The notes beneath the pieces are model-generated. The model saw only the letters and a list, made by a program, of their open reading frames with translations, was not told where the DNA came from and searched no databases. From a virus, in IMG/VR virus record IMGVR_UViG_3300027973_002292, positions 32,001 to 96,000 of that record: DNA of 64,000 nt, one strand, 5' to 3'. Positions 16,501 through 23,463 of this stretch are shown piece after piece. Each line of letters begins with the position of its first letter. Position 1 is the first letter of the stretch. Both the position numbers and the translations under genes were made by a program.

Positions 16501-17951
16501 GCGGAAAAGCATACGGAATAGGCTCTGCTTTGGGCTTAGGCGCAGAGATAGCTAAAGCTAAGGATAACGCTATAGCTGAAGACTATTCTGACATACTATT
16601 TGGCAAAAAAGAAGAGGATATAGATCCTGAGACTGGAGAAGTGACCAAGGGAAGATCTATACTAGGTGCAGGATTCGATGTTTATGGAACCGCTATGGGT
16701 GCTATAGCTGGCGGACCAGTTGGTCAAGGAGTAGCTGCATTTAAGATAGGCTATAGAGCCGGAAATGTAATAGAAAATCAAGCTGGCCTTGGAGAAAAAC
16801 TCGGCAAAATATATGAAGATAAAATCAATAAAGAAAGAGGTGGAGAAATAGCCATTAGAGAAGCTAGATTAAAAGCAAAGAAAGAGCTCTTTAAAGACGC
16901 AAAAGATCTTGAAATCAGGATAGCTAAAATAGAAGAGCAGGGCAAAAAAGGCGTAGAAGAAGAGAGAATTAAAGGAGCAAAAGGTCTTGCTGAAGTTTAT
17001 AAGGGATCTCAAGCCGATAAAGAGAAAAACGACAAAGAAAAAACAGCCCCTTTGAGAAAAGGAATTATAGAAGGTATTGTAAAAAATCAAGAGGCTAATG
17101 GCTTATTCACCTCAAGAGACAAGGCCAATTACTTGATGAGCCAAGAAGCTATCTATGGAAAATTTAAGCCCGAAGAATTTGCAGACAAGGAACTCTACAA
17201 GTCTTACGAAGCTTATTCTAAAGAAAGAGAAACTACTCAAGCAAGAGAGCAAAAATTTAATTCTGCAGTAATGAATCCAGAAATGGCTGGATCTCAAACC
17301 TATAAAATTGATCAATTTAGAGCCGAATCAGAAAGACAATCTGCTATGTTAGCTTCTGCGCCAAAAGACGCTTTAGAAGAAGCTATGAGAAGGGGAGTCT
17401 CTGTTGAGCAGGTAATAGAAGAGAGAAAAAAGATTAATAAATCTAGAGGCTTTATTCCTAACTTCTCTAACGCTTACAATAGAGAAAAATTAGACATCCT
17501 TAGAAATCCAGATTACTCTGGCTATAGAAACGCTGTTCCTCAGCCATCTAAATACTATAAAAATATAGTAAAAAACAGCGCAGAGATTGAAGTCCCGGCA
17601 GCTGAGGTTTATAACAGAATGGGATATTTTGGAGCAACCCCAAAGAACCCTTCCGAGCAATACGCTATTCTCAATCCAGCTCAGCAATCTAAATTGGGAT
17701 ACGCTTCAGGCGGATTCGTGCCAAACTTTGCTGCTGAACAATTTGCTGGCGCTGTTAGTGACGCTATGCAAAAAGCGCTATCTCCATTAATAGACAAGGT
17801 CGGAACTTCAGTTAGTAACTCTAATGTTATTAATGTAAGCGATCAAAGATCTTATCAAACTGGCTCCGATAGAATTACTGGTATAATGGAATTCTTATAT
17901 TCTCAATTCCCTAAGGAAATGGGAAGACAAATGGGCCCTAAACTAGTATAA
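7542..17951 (+). CDS. Tape measure protein (TP901-type core) with motif-delimited inserted enzyme-like domains, 3469 aa
   Basis: N-terminal TMP core (FARQG...ALVLSRISG...ITTALNGF...INKLIAVD..FAVSSKDLSEAL..VGSAA...GAVIGNALKTIFTR), Ala/Gly-rich hydrophobic segments and coiled coils. It follows the tube and chaperones and contains 11 PNF-type repeats. Confidence 0.9.
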   Translation: MSTTITAGLRVDTSAAYKDIDLFKSRINKSFSQPLGRISGDAAEFSKSLQAAAARVTAFGATTGSIYLVTKAISETARATIEVNKQLTELNTFLGESESSLQNFSKTLFSIARNTGSTFSDATEAAKEFARQGLSTEETLTRTNDALVLSRISGLNYAQSVNSITTALNGFSKEALTSTDIINKLIAVDTRFAVSSKDLSEALTRVGSAAEEAGLSSDQLVATITTAQQITGRGGAVIGNALKTIFTRVRRPEILDQLKQIGVVVTDQNGSLLNAIDILKNYTNVTKNLSQAEKSRTAELLGGVYQINQLQSVIRDLGSANSIYASSLKISIGATDEAIKKNSELNKSYAALINDTANLATQVGSDIGKSLFGPIISGGAGVTKAILEFLSPESIAPQIGKAGQEIGKNLSREIGKGVLDTLGNALVFVGAPVAAVVAGSIGKRLLSFLGASVKTQIKGITDPLGRVVTGGSFSGDKEREQLNLINQISDVVKKNNFIGEATVKGVYNEGKARREVLKEILAQNSLLERQANLAQTIFNTISKIKPTVTTIGQVNSFGLNQVNPRRNAKGRFVASGYIPNFSMGLAEQEESAAKGFGAKNPKARLIRATIKGKTGPVMINDEEDVVPNFAGTGETAIIPRYRNVKDIPRMAKGYVPNFSNASGSFGTVSKINESQVRKEFFSGAGQSGAGEIANEFLASRKLSEQIQASRELGYQGMRGGYIGKLFEAPHTYGTLEDSIRSGSIVKGLAPGKTAKDIGDNLDKYTGEYKNYYELVTNLGRLSAKQINSGKAMEARDLANFGNLMLNKKAEDLITKIVSRKGSDRLVGKMNSSWQSTSRVAEGLARQGARISIVDPGIFGGLGEKRKKELAKLGYQDNYREMTGANAAGYIPNFAKKDKYKFPNISSNKMEANIGKNFEKLTPENQRYFARAYEDYNNLIKVFSKASGTSPEKFANVMSALSPANPLERNALDALRYNLFYQKKLSTAASPIFIDEREIGSVKAQTYGANRTKAANLLVGLEKLTGNKRKSFVNNMLDPFQSTDVTVDYRAQGDALNKQFNVKNAPSMNREQYDKVSQAFRNVGSKAGVSGLGVQAATWIGGRMGSKAARGQDFNRGILKFFYDNPDKISLENLEFLLSVPGKGKARKDFFKNASAMGVSKLGSDSLISIPRVGGYVPNFAGFNLSTIRFLTKASAKMSGSVLSPKTLIKFATGKGKVEDLVNPFLDFLKKPADLINSPQDLEDAKSVINLIFKNNQAREMAASRLAPIINESSFSVKSQEEAVSTGIQYPDGGRGYRDYRDFLRYKLLGGQKEYEEYVGNEYGPKALIKNKDGSYRFNPKSTQGQLELSDVRQAAKVLFSTPEQIAESRALMVGRDVQKQYKARKLGPEDNVPGPNPFLGYTYKLGRFIGNVGKKRKAVKYTDRWDVELHQGERDVMENFLKNTSEISDLETRKQVANYYIDRDLSDSSYAGDINSLIVKELLSSIPGANPILLKGAARAPKGESIFAKGYIPNFSGLSDSISREKSMTGLPVSQIMAHFDKSGNPIAVTNKKDEPNGLKDVVPNFAPRVKVPKTPRGKKGTTAAQVSDLFSSFFGESIGIGLFQSLSSTLADREVLSEDVNTATQIGAPALLAILQGMRGLKASKGQKLGARAAALGVPVALGGAQAAMGFYASRSVGEDLQRRKLEKESDKAAKEFKDLTEGTQELADTLSKLNESFKDASSSPEQLFNLSKRASELTKNVTKNNPALAAAISSEPNVEKKINLIEDARRKASQQQAVKQEIIQFEGSKTKSPEDLINLFSKEISLANDKLLQLNSKDLVPANFDKILSDADLVPLKTFFDLQKEEIKNKLIPSFLEAVKLEIEYNKISKESIKQIKVLKSEEIKASKEIEGKKVRRQAGLEALKSGAEELKPFAGQFGARAAISFESDLQKTKESISAITSFRTQINTKLIDKDLKLPTNVTDKLQGIQTPGQDAGAVLAELSKTPGLNEKQIEALEELITTNETQSRELKKISDISEINKNAQLRVLSIQEKLTYGGGIKTSIDSRSRIDSINAPIKGLLESRLGATLGSERSQTSGMVNVVKSIKDLYPGLIENSKALGSVRDRLTNLRANDLRKDLFRNASLLESAGGYGDIPGMLRAKGLDSEGLKTLAATQAEAELSGGNSPQETTRYLADVIKAATADLNLTIQEGQQIKALQEKTAAPVAEINKETEVARQKFLTSLTDSVKKAFGEKIDVQTVNISNASVNITPSSTSQSGESSGAAQARASMATMASGASGPRSKGFIPSFYNPLREAVQRESQYVPFSSIRINKSNKLINQNNPLGLGVTNTIDEPNGLASIGLASKGYVPNFASKSKILDKVLTDKSLYGPKISKQAQGLAKKGELWGLDYAASNPKKGDYVLYKIKPDGSLGERGMPNKGDTVLSHVAASKFLGGVKDLLPISKLAEPPKSQEASLAGGTILPTSSIDKIIRDVKKKGGSATDLQKAVETFAKQNLSTSNFLIKTGVGDLSIQSKGVFGINSKPLDSSAYGTILNDYGRGKGKSSDFFIQEKAQLSDQHNESRVHVAIDGKGNVKLVRNGTIDKSTGGNLAKGSYRRAAERAALQAAEAFVKANPKLAKNQFLGLDVGAVAATEGKRLGLTTKPFSELGQKFNPIVFEINPTSRRGSQGGSGFVSAENPFSKASPSVFNSILSRLGVKSNNKLVQSNVLEALSKGVMGNDTLLGSVKNKIADTNIPFPSSFFGKVKGAFSSSSSKVKSLFQNAGAKISNLGNSVFGSVGSKFSGVTDKIGAGLSGLTGRVKGGLGGMAAGLSGLTGRVKGGLGGMAAGLSGSSGRVKGGLSGVLTGLGFLGNVQQIGENREADRNLEEYLSKAAATSIIPAAALGLTDFLAGGKLSAKHEVIKGKIGKVASKGLQAASAFSTAAESATEFREGNFGLGAVKGAEAAAYAASLFEGVGKTLPKGKGLLGSLGNVTPKALSQVGGKAYGIGSALGLGAEIAKAKDNAIAEDYSDILFGKKEEDIDPETGEVTKGRSILGAGFDVYGTAMGAIAGGPVGQGVAAFKIGYRAGNVIENQAGLGEKLGKIYEDKINKERGGEIAIREARLKAKKELFKDAKDLEIRIAKIEEQGKKGVEEERIKGAKGLAEVYKGSQADKEKNDKEKTAPLRKGIIEGIVKNQEANGLFTSRDKANYLMSQEAIYGKFKPEEFADKELYKSYEAYSKERETTQAREQKFNSAVMNPEMAGSQTYKIDQFRAESERQSAMLASAPKDALEEAMRRGVSVEQVIEERKKINKSRGFIPNFSNAYNREKLDILRNPDYSGYRNAVPQPSKYYKNIVKNSAEIEVPAAEVYNRMGYFGATPKNPSEQYAILNPAQQSKLGYASGGFVPNFAAEQFAGAVSDAMQKALSPLIDKVGTSVSNSNVINVSDQRSYQTGSDRITGIMEFLYSQFPKEMGRQMGPKLV
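9261..17729 (+). repeat. Dispersed peptide repeat xxG[YF][IV]P[NS]F (9 full copies plus 2 DVVPNF copies) in the TMP
   Basis: Copies start at 9261, 9411 (DVVPNF), 9492, 10197, 11055, 12063, 12222 (DVVPNF), 14397, 14586, 17442 and 17706. Synonymous codons differ, so conservation is at the protein level. Confidence 0.9.
15927..16073 (+). repeat. 54-bp tandem repeat (18 aa, AGLSGLTGRVKGGLGGMA): two identical copies plus a partial diverged third
   Basis: GCTGGGTTATCTGGTCTCACTGGAAGAGTTAAAGGAGGCTTAGGGGGCATGGCG at 15927 and 15981, with a partial copy from 16035. Confidence 0.95.
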
Positions 17952-17958
17952 TATATAT

Positions 17959-19824
17959 ATGGCTTTTACATCAGAAACAGTCTTAAAGTTTGGTTCAACA
18001 GCAATTGAGTTTGCTGTAGTTACTCTTCTGAATTATAGCCTAGAGAATGAGAAAGCTGGCGCTTTTAACTATAGAAGAAAAGAGAACATTAGTGTTACTG
18101 GTTATTTTTCTAATAGAGAATCTTCTGTTCCTGTATCTGAACATTTTAGGCAAATAAAATTACTTCTAGAAAACGCTACTGACTTTATTGATTTAAAGCT
18201 TAATGACCTGTCTTATGGTAAAGTAAGATTTTTAAATTTTACTTTTCCAACCTCTGTAAACTTTGATGAGAACGCTGTAAGATTCAGTAAATTCACAATA
18301 ACAATGGAGGTTTTCAAAGACGATTCTTCAGGAGATTTCGCTTCGAATAATTTGCCTAGTGCTGTTGGCTCTTTAATTTCTTCATGGTATAAGGTCAAAT
18401 CCTTTACAGAAAGTTTTAGTTTTACTCTGCAAGAGGATGGTAACTTCTTGGCTTCTCACTCTTTGTCTTTCGGGATAGATAATATAGATAAGCAATCTCC
18501 AGAAGAAGTAACAAAACTTGCAAACACAATAGCAAATAAATTTTTTGCTCAAGGCTTAGACTCTTTATCTAGTATACGTTCTTTATATAGTTCTACTAAT
18601 TTTCAAGTATCTAATACTGACTACGGATCTTCGTTAGTAAATCAAACAAACGACATCATAAACTATCAATATAGTTATGGAAAAAACTACACAGTATTTT
18701 CAGACAATTCATCTACCACAACTGAAACTTTAACAAACGACATCTCTTACATGCAAGATGGCGTAATTCAAATAATAGAAAGAGGAAGAATAAAAGGAAA
18801 AGGAGACACAAGAGAAGCAGCAAGGCAAAACGCTTTAACTAAATTAGAGTCAAATTTATCAACAGCATATACAAGATGCAATGGTTATTTTACATCTTAT
18901 TTTTCCACTTACTATTTAAAATTTGCTGCTAATGTTCCTAAAATATATCCTACCGAAACTCTAAAAACAAATCCAATATCAATAAATAAAGACTTGGGTG
19001 GAGTAGAAACTGAGGTTGGTTACGATATTACTTTTACAACCAGTGGAACTTACTCTAGCCCAACTAGAATTCATTCTTATTCAATTGCGCTAGTAAAGAA
19101 TCCTAGAGGTATAGTAGAAGCAAATATAGAAGGATCGGTAAAATACTATACCAATAAAAATCAAAATTTTAATAAGATTTCTGATTTCAAAACTAATATC
19201 ATAGACTCTCCAAGTTTATCTGACATAAGCGTTATAAGTCCATATTATAAAAAACTAATGGACTCATCGAGCAACTATGCTGGTTCAAGAATAAGTTTAC
19301 AAATTCAATATTTAAAATTTGGCGTAGAGATACAATACAACAAATTATTTTCCGATTCGCCAACAATTCAGCCTGCTGGAGGTTTAGTTAGCGAGCTAAA
19401 TGTAAGTGAAAGTATGAATTTGCCAGTTAACAGATTTTCTACAGTAAACGTTCCAAATTTCAAAGAAATAATTTATCAAACAAGACAGTTATCCGAAGGG
19501 AATAAAAATATATCTATAGGAATGAAAATCAACAGAGATGTTTTATTCTCTGGGTCTGCGCCGGCATCTAACCAAGATCCTGCTGTCGTGTTTTCAAAAA
19601 TAAAAACACTAATGACTACAAGTATGCTAAACAAAACTTCGGGTTATTTATTTGGCTCGTCTCCAATAGCTGTTAATATTTTTGCTAAAATTTTTCAAAA
19701 CACAAAATATAACAGAGGAGAGTTAACTTATTTCTTAGAAAATTTTAAATTAGCTTTTGATAGTTCTTATACTTTAACAGCAGATTTATCGTTTAAGTTC
19801 TTAGCTGAAAAGGAAAAGATCTAA
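17959..19824 (+). CDS. Putative distal tail / tail-tip protein
   Basis: First gene after the TMP; Ser/Thr/Tyr-rich beta protein with internally repeated motifs. Confidence 0.45.
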   Translation: MAFTSETVLKFGSTAIEFAVVTLLNYSLENEKAGAFNYRRKENISVTGYFSNRESSVPVSEHFRQIKLLLENATDFIDLKLNDLSYGKVRFLNFTFPTSVNFDENAVRFSKFTITMEVFKDDSSGDFASNNLPSAVGSLISSWYKVKSFTESFSFTLQEDGNFLASHSLSFGIDNIDKQSPEEVTKLANTIANKFFAQGLDSLSSIRSLYSSTNFQVSNTDYGSSLVNQTNDIINYQYSYGKNYTVFSDNSSTTTETLTNDISYMQDGVIQIIERGRIKGKGDTREAARQNALTKLESNLSTAYTRCNGYFTSYFSTYYLKFAANVPKIYPTETLKTNPISINKDLGGVETEVGYDITFTTSGTYSSPTRIHSYSIALVKNPRGIVEANIEGSVKYYTNKNQNFNKISDFKTNIIDSPSLSDISVISPYYKKLMDSSSNYAGSRISLQIQYLKFGVEIQYNKLFSDSPTIQPAGGLVSELNVSESMNLPVNRFSTVNVPNFKEIIYQTRQLSEGNKNISIGMKINRDVLFSGSAPASNQDPAVVFSKIKTLMTTSMLNKTSGYLFGSSPIAVNIFAKIFQNTKYNRGELTYFLENFKLAFDSSYTLTADLSFKFLAEKEKI

Positions 19825-19825
19825 T

Positions 19826-21661
19826 ATGTCAGATATTAAAATTACATATAATGGAAATAGAATTCCTGCAAATGGAACTGGGCCAACTCCTTATATATCA
19901 CTAAATGATGACGTCTCTACTTTTGGAGACAGATGGGGATTAAGTAATAGGATAACTTTAAATGGATTAATAACTGGATGTGAGTATGGTAATTTATATA
20001 GTGGTCAGACTGGATTGGTTGGTCTTTTTGCCAATTCTTACAAGACTTTAGAAGTGTTAGAGAGCGATGACGATCAAAATGCTTACTCTACAGTTTACTC
20101 ATTCTCTGGGTGTTCTGTAGACAACATATCTTTTTCTGAAGCTCCGTATCTAAATGTTATTAGCTACTCAGTAGAGCTAACCTCTTATCCTTCTGGGCTT
20201 ACGGGTTATTTTTCTGGAAACTATGGCGTTTTAGATCCTAGAGATGAAATAAACATTTCTGAAGGAGACGATGGGTTTGGCACCATCAACAGAACAATTT
20301 CAGCAAGAGGTTTCGTTACAAATTCCGTAGATACAGCAGTGAATAATGCTAAAAATTATGTAGCTGGCAGAACCGGAACAACTTCAATTTTACAAGCTTC
20401 TCAAATTTCTGGATTTCAAAATTCTGGAAGTTTTACTCCAGTCTTAGTTCAAGTAGCTGAAAATTTAGATAGACTTTCGCTGACTTATTCGGTAGATCAA
20501 ACCTATCGATTTAAAATGATCTCTGGCGACTCAGAGGCTAGCAATAATTATTCATTTAATAATTATTATTTGACAACATACTCTACAAACCTGTCTTCAG
20601 GAGCAGGCGACGATTTCGTGACAGCAACGATTCAAGGAGAGATTAAGGCCGGCGTAACAGGTTCTACAGGAGACGCTTTAGTTTCAGAGTTGATAACTCA
20701 ACTTTCAGGACTAAATCCATACTTAATTGTTTGTGGTAAATATGGTTCTCCAAACTCTTTTGATTTCTGCAAAGACCCAATTACCTTCTCAGTAACTCAA
20801 GATCTGAAAGCTAGGAAAATAAACTTCAACGCTTCTTACGATAATCTAGATTTATACGGGCCATCAAATAATAAATACGTTTTTTCTGGTTGTTATTTAG
20901 ACGCCACTATAAGTCACGCAATAGATGAGTTGACAAAAACAACTATAATTCAAGTCAGGGGAGATATAAAAGCAAGAGGATCAACTTCTAATAGATATTA
21001 TAATACTTTGGAATACTTAGGCGTCTTAATGAAAGAAGGCTCTAGCGCAAGTCAACCTAGAATCTATGATTTTGCCAATGATTACTATACAGCTTATATC
21101 GGAACAGCTTCTCCAGTTTTTGCTTTGAATACTAAGCCAGTAAATATATCAGTAAATAGTAATTCTATATTAGGTACTATTTCTTTAGATATAACTTATG
21201 ATAATAAAGACAGATTCTCTGGATTAACAGCATCAGACTATAATATATCTTATGAGCCATATAATACAATTTTTTCTTACGCTTCTTCCTGTAATGATTC
21301 TATTAAACATTTAGCTGTTGATATGAATGTGAAAAAAAGAGAAAAGGTTAGCGTAAGTCTAAAAATAGCTGGATCAGGAAAATCTGAATACACTTTAGTG
21401 AATGACGCAAAAGCTTTGATTGAACCAGAAACGGCTGGTAGTTTTTATAATAGTTTTCCAAAAGTTTTGTCTGTAGGCAATTCGGTACAAGAAGAAGCCT
21501 CGGCTTTAAATGTTGAAAACTCTAGCTCAAAAACTCCTATCACTACAAATCAATATGGCGCAGAAATATCAATAAATAAAACTTACTCTTACGAATTATT
21601 AGAGTCAGAAAAAAGCACAAGAAGAATTGTAAAATCAGCGGGCAATTTAGGAAACATATGA
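19826..21661 (+). CDS. Putative tail-tip protein, probable distant paralog of the upstream gene
   Basis: Similar length (611 vs 621 aa) and shared G-x-[IV]-K motifs; TAATATG junction. Confidence 0.45.
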   Translation: MSDIKITYNGNRIPANGTGPTPYISLNDDVSTFGDRWGLSNRITLNGLITGCEYGNLYSGQTGLVGLFANSYKTLEVLESDDDQNAYSTVYSFSGCSVDNISFSEAPYLNVISYSVELTSYPSGLTGYFSGNYGVLDPRDEINISEGDDGFGTINRTISARGFVTNSVDTAVNNAKNYVAGRTGTTSILQASQISGFQNSGSFTPVLVQVAENLDRLSLTYSVDQTYRFKMISGDSEASNNYSFNNYYLTTYSTNLSSGAGDDFVTATIQGEIKAGVTGSTGDALVSELITQLSGLNPYLIVCGKYGSPNSFDFCKDPITFSVTQDLKARKINFNASYDNLDLYGPSNNKYVFSGCYLDATISHAIDELTKTTIIQVRGDIKARGSTSNRYYNTLEYLGVLMKEGSSASQPRIYDFANDYYTAYIGTASPVFALNTKPVNISVNSNSILGTISLDITYDNKDRFSGLTASDYNISYEPYNTIFSYASSCNDSIKHLAVDMNVKKREKVSVSLKIAGSGKSEYTLVNDAKALIEPETAGSFYNSFPKVLSVGNSVQEEASALNVENSSSKTPITTNQYGAEISINKTYSYELLESEKSTRRIVKSAGNLGNI

Positions 21662-23448
21662 ATTCATCTGTAAAATCTGGATTTTTAAATGAAATTTTCT
21701 TACCAGAAGAAAATCTAATAATCGATTATGACTTTAGAACTCCAGTATCTAATGTTAATTATCTGCAATTGAATTTAGCTTCAGGAGCGGTAGCTTATCT
21801 AACTTATAACTTACAAAATCAAACAGGAGAACAATACGCTTCATCTAAAATTATAGATACAGGGCATCCTGCATTAAGTTATTCTGATGCTGGAAATATA
21901 CCATTGAGTTTAGTGAGTGGATATTTTAATGGAAGCTCTAAGTATCAAATACTTGGAAATATAGCTAGTGAAGACTGGACAGCTTATATAGCTTTCAAGC
22001 ATTTAGATACAGGAATTTATAACGAGAGCAAAGTTTTGTGGTCAAGTAAACCTACGGATTCTTCCTTATCTGGATTTGCATTTGGAATTAATGGTTGCAA
22101 TCGTTTGTTTCTAGAATACAACGTTGCGGTAAATGATAAAAGAATTTTCACTTTTAATAAAGAGTTAGATAATAAAAATGTAGCATCAATATCTAAAATT
22201 GATTCTAATGTTTATATTGGTTTACATCAGTATGGGGATTTGAATTCTTTTTCTACCGAAGAGAAGTTTATTTTTTCTGGATACAATCCTTCTTATAGTT
22301 ATTATTTAGGAGGGCTAGGAACATCTGGACAGTCTTATAGGAATTTTAGCGGATACATTGACCAGTTCATGTTTATGGATAGGGGTTTAGATTTCCCAGA
22401 AAGAAATACTTTTTCAGAAGCTTTTTATTGTTCAGGGTATTTTACCGGACAATACCAATCGTTAGTAACTTCATTTAATGCGGTCACTGGAGCTGAGTAT
22501 CAAAATATTATCATAGGAACAGGAATCACTGGTTACCAAGAATATTTGAAAGGATACCAAATAATAAATGGGCAAAATGTAGCAATTTACAGCTATTCTG
22601 GTTTAACTGGATTAGTTTATGAGGAAAAACTCGTTGAATTAACAGGATCCGTCTCTGGAGATTCTGAACTTCAAACTTTTACAGTGGGAAGTGGTTTGCC
22701 TGACTATCAATATATATTTTCATTCACTAATTCTAAAATATTATCTTTTAACAACTTCGATAATTCATATAAAGAAATATACTCATATTCTGGTAAAAAT
22801 ACAGATGATATCAATTTAAACTCAGCGTTTATAGCTGGTAACAATAGATTTTCAATACTATCTACTGGGAGCGGAGAGACTGTTAACCTTTATCTGAATG
22901 GATTAGCAGAGCCATTAGTTAATGCTTTGTCTGATTCGTATACTGGGGATTTTGTATTGTCTGGAAATTATGTAGATTCTCAAGGGTTTTACGATAAAGA
23001 CGATGTCGTGACCTACGATATAATAAAAGGATCTGGAAATATTACTGGAATAAGTTCTATTCAAGAAGCTAATGGGTTTGTAGTTTTGCCATTGTCTTTC
23101 GTGAGTAACAGAGACGTTTATTTAAATGGAGTGAAAATGATATCAGGCATAGACTACTATTCTACTGCAACTGGAGTAATTTTGAATCCAAGCGGATTTT
23201 CTGCTGGTGATGTGTTAATTCTCCCAAGACATGAATCTAATTTAACTAGATACACTGGATACACGGATAATAACTTTGACACGCAGCTAAGATTGTTTGA
23301 CGAACAGGTTTGGATAAATGGACTTAGACAAGTTAAATACGCAGATTACGAAAAGGTGCCAGACTTCAGTCTTAAATATTCATCATTTTCATTGGAGCCT
23401 TACACAGAGACTATTTATAATAATGACACGGGCTTTTTTAACGTGTAA
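21658..23448 (+). CDS. Virion protein with LamG-like domain
   Basis: GYFNGSS...FAFGINGCNRLFLEY...YYLGG...NFSGYIDQFMF. The C-terminal part has repeated [LV]Y[LI]NG / VWING motifs. Confidence 0.55.
   Translation: MNSSVKSGFLNEIFLPEENLIIDYDFRTPVSNVNYLQLNLASGAVAYLTYNLQNQTGEQYASSKIIDTGHPALSYSDAGNIPLSLVSGYFNGSSKYQILGNIASEDWTAYIAFKHLDTGIYNESKVLWSSKPTDSSLSGFAFGINGCNRLFLEYNVAVNDKRIFTFNKELDNKNVASISKIDSNVYIGLHQYGDLNSFSTEEKFIFSGYNPSYSYYLGGLGTSGQSYRNFSGYIDQFMFMDRGLDFPERNTFSEAFYCSGYFTGQYQSLVTSFNAVTGAEYQNIIIGTGITGYQEYLKGYQIINGQNVAIYSYSGLTGLVYEEKLVELTGSVSGDSELQTFTVGSGLPDYQYIFSFTNSKILSFNNFDNSYKEIYSYSGKNTDDINLNSAFIAGNNRFSILSTGSGETVNLYLNGLAEPLVNALSDSYTGDFVLSGNYVDSQGFYDKDDVVTYDIIKGSGNITGISSIQEANGFVVLPLSFVSNRDVYLNGVKMISGIDYYSTATGVILNPSGFSAGDVLILPRHESNLTRYTGYTDNNFDTQLRLFDEQVWINGLRQVKYADYEKVPDFSLKYSSFSLEPYTETIYNNDTGFFNV
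23443..23448 (+). promoter_or_regulatory. GTGTAA motif overlapping a stop codon, putative late promoter element
   Basis: CGTGTAAT; the core ends 15 nt before ATG 23464. It doubles as Val-stop, so the evidence is weaker. Confidence 0.35.
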
Positions 23449-23463
23449 TTACTAATAAGGTTT

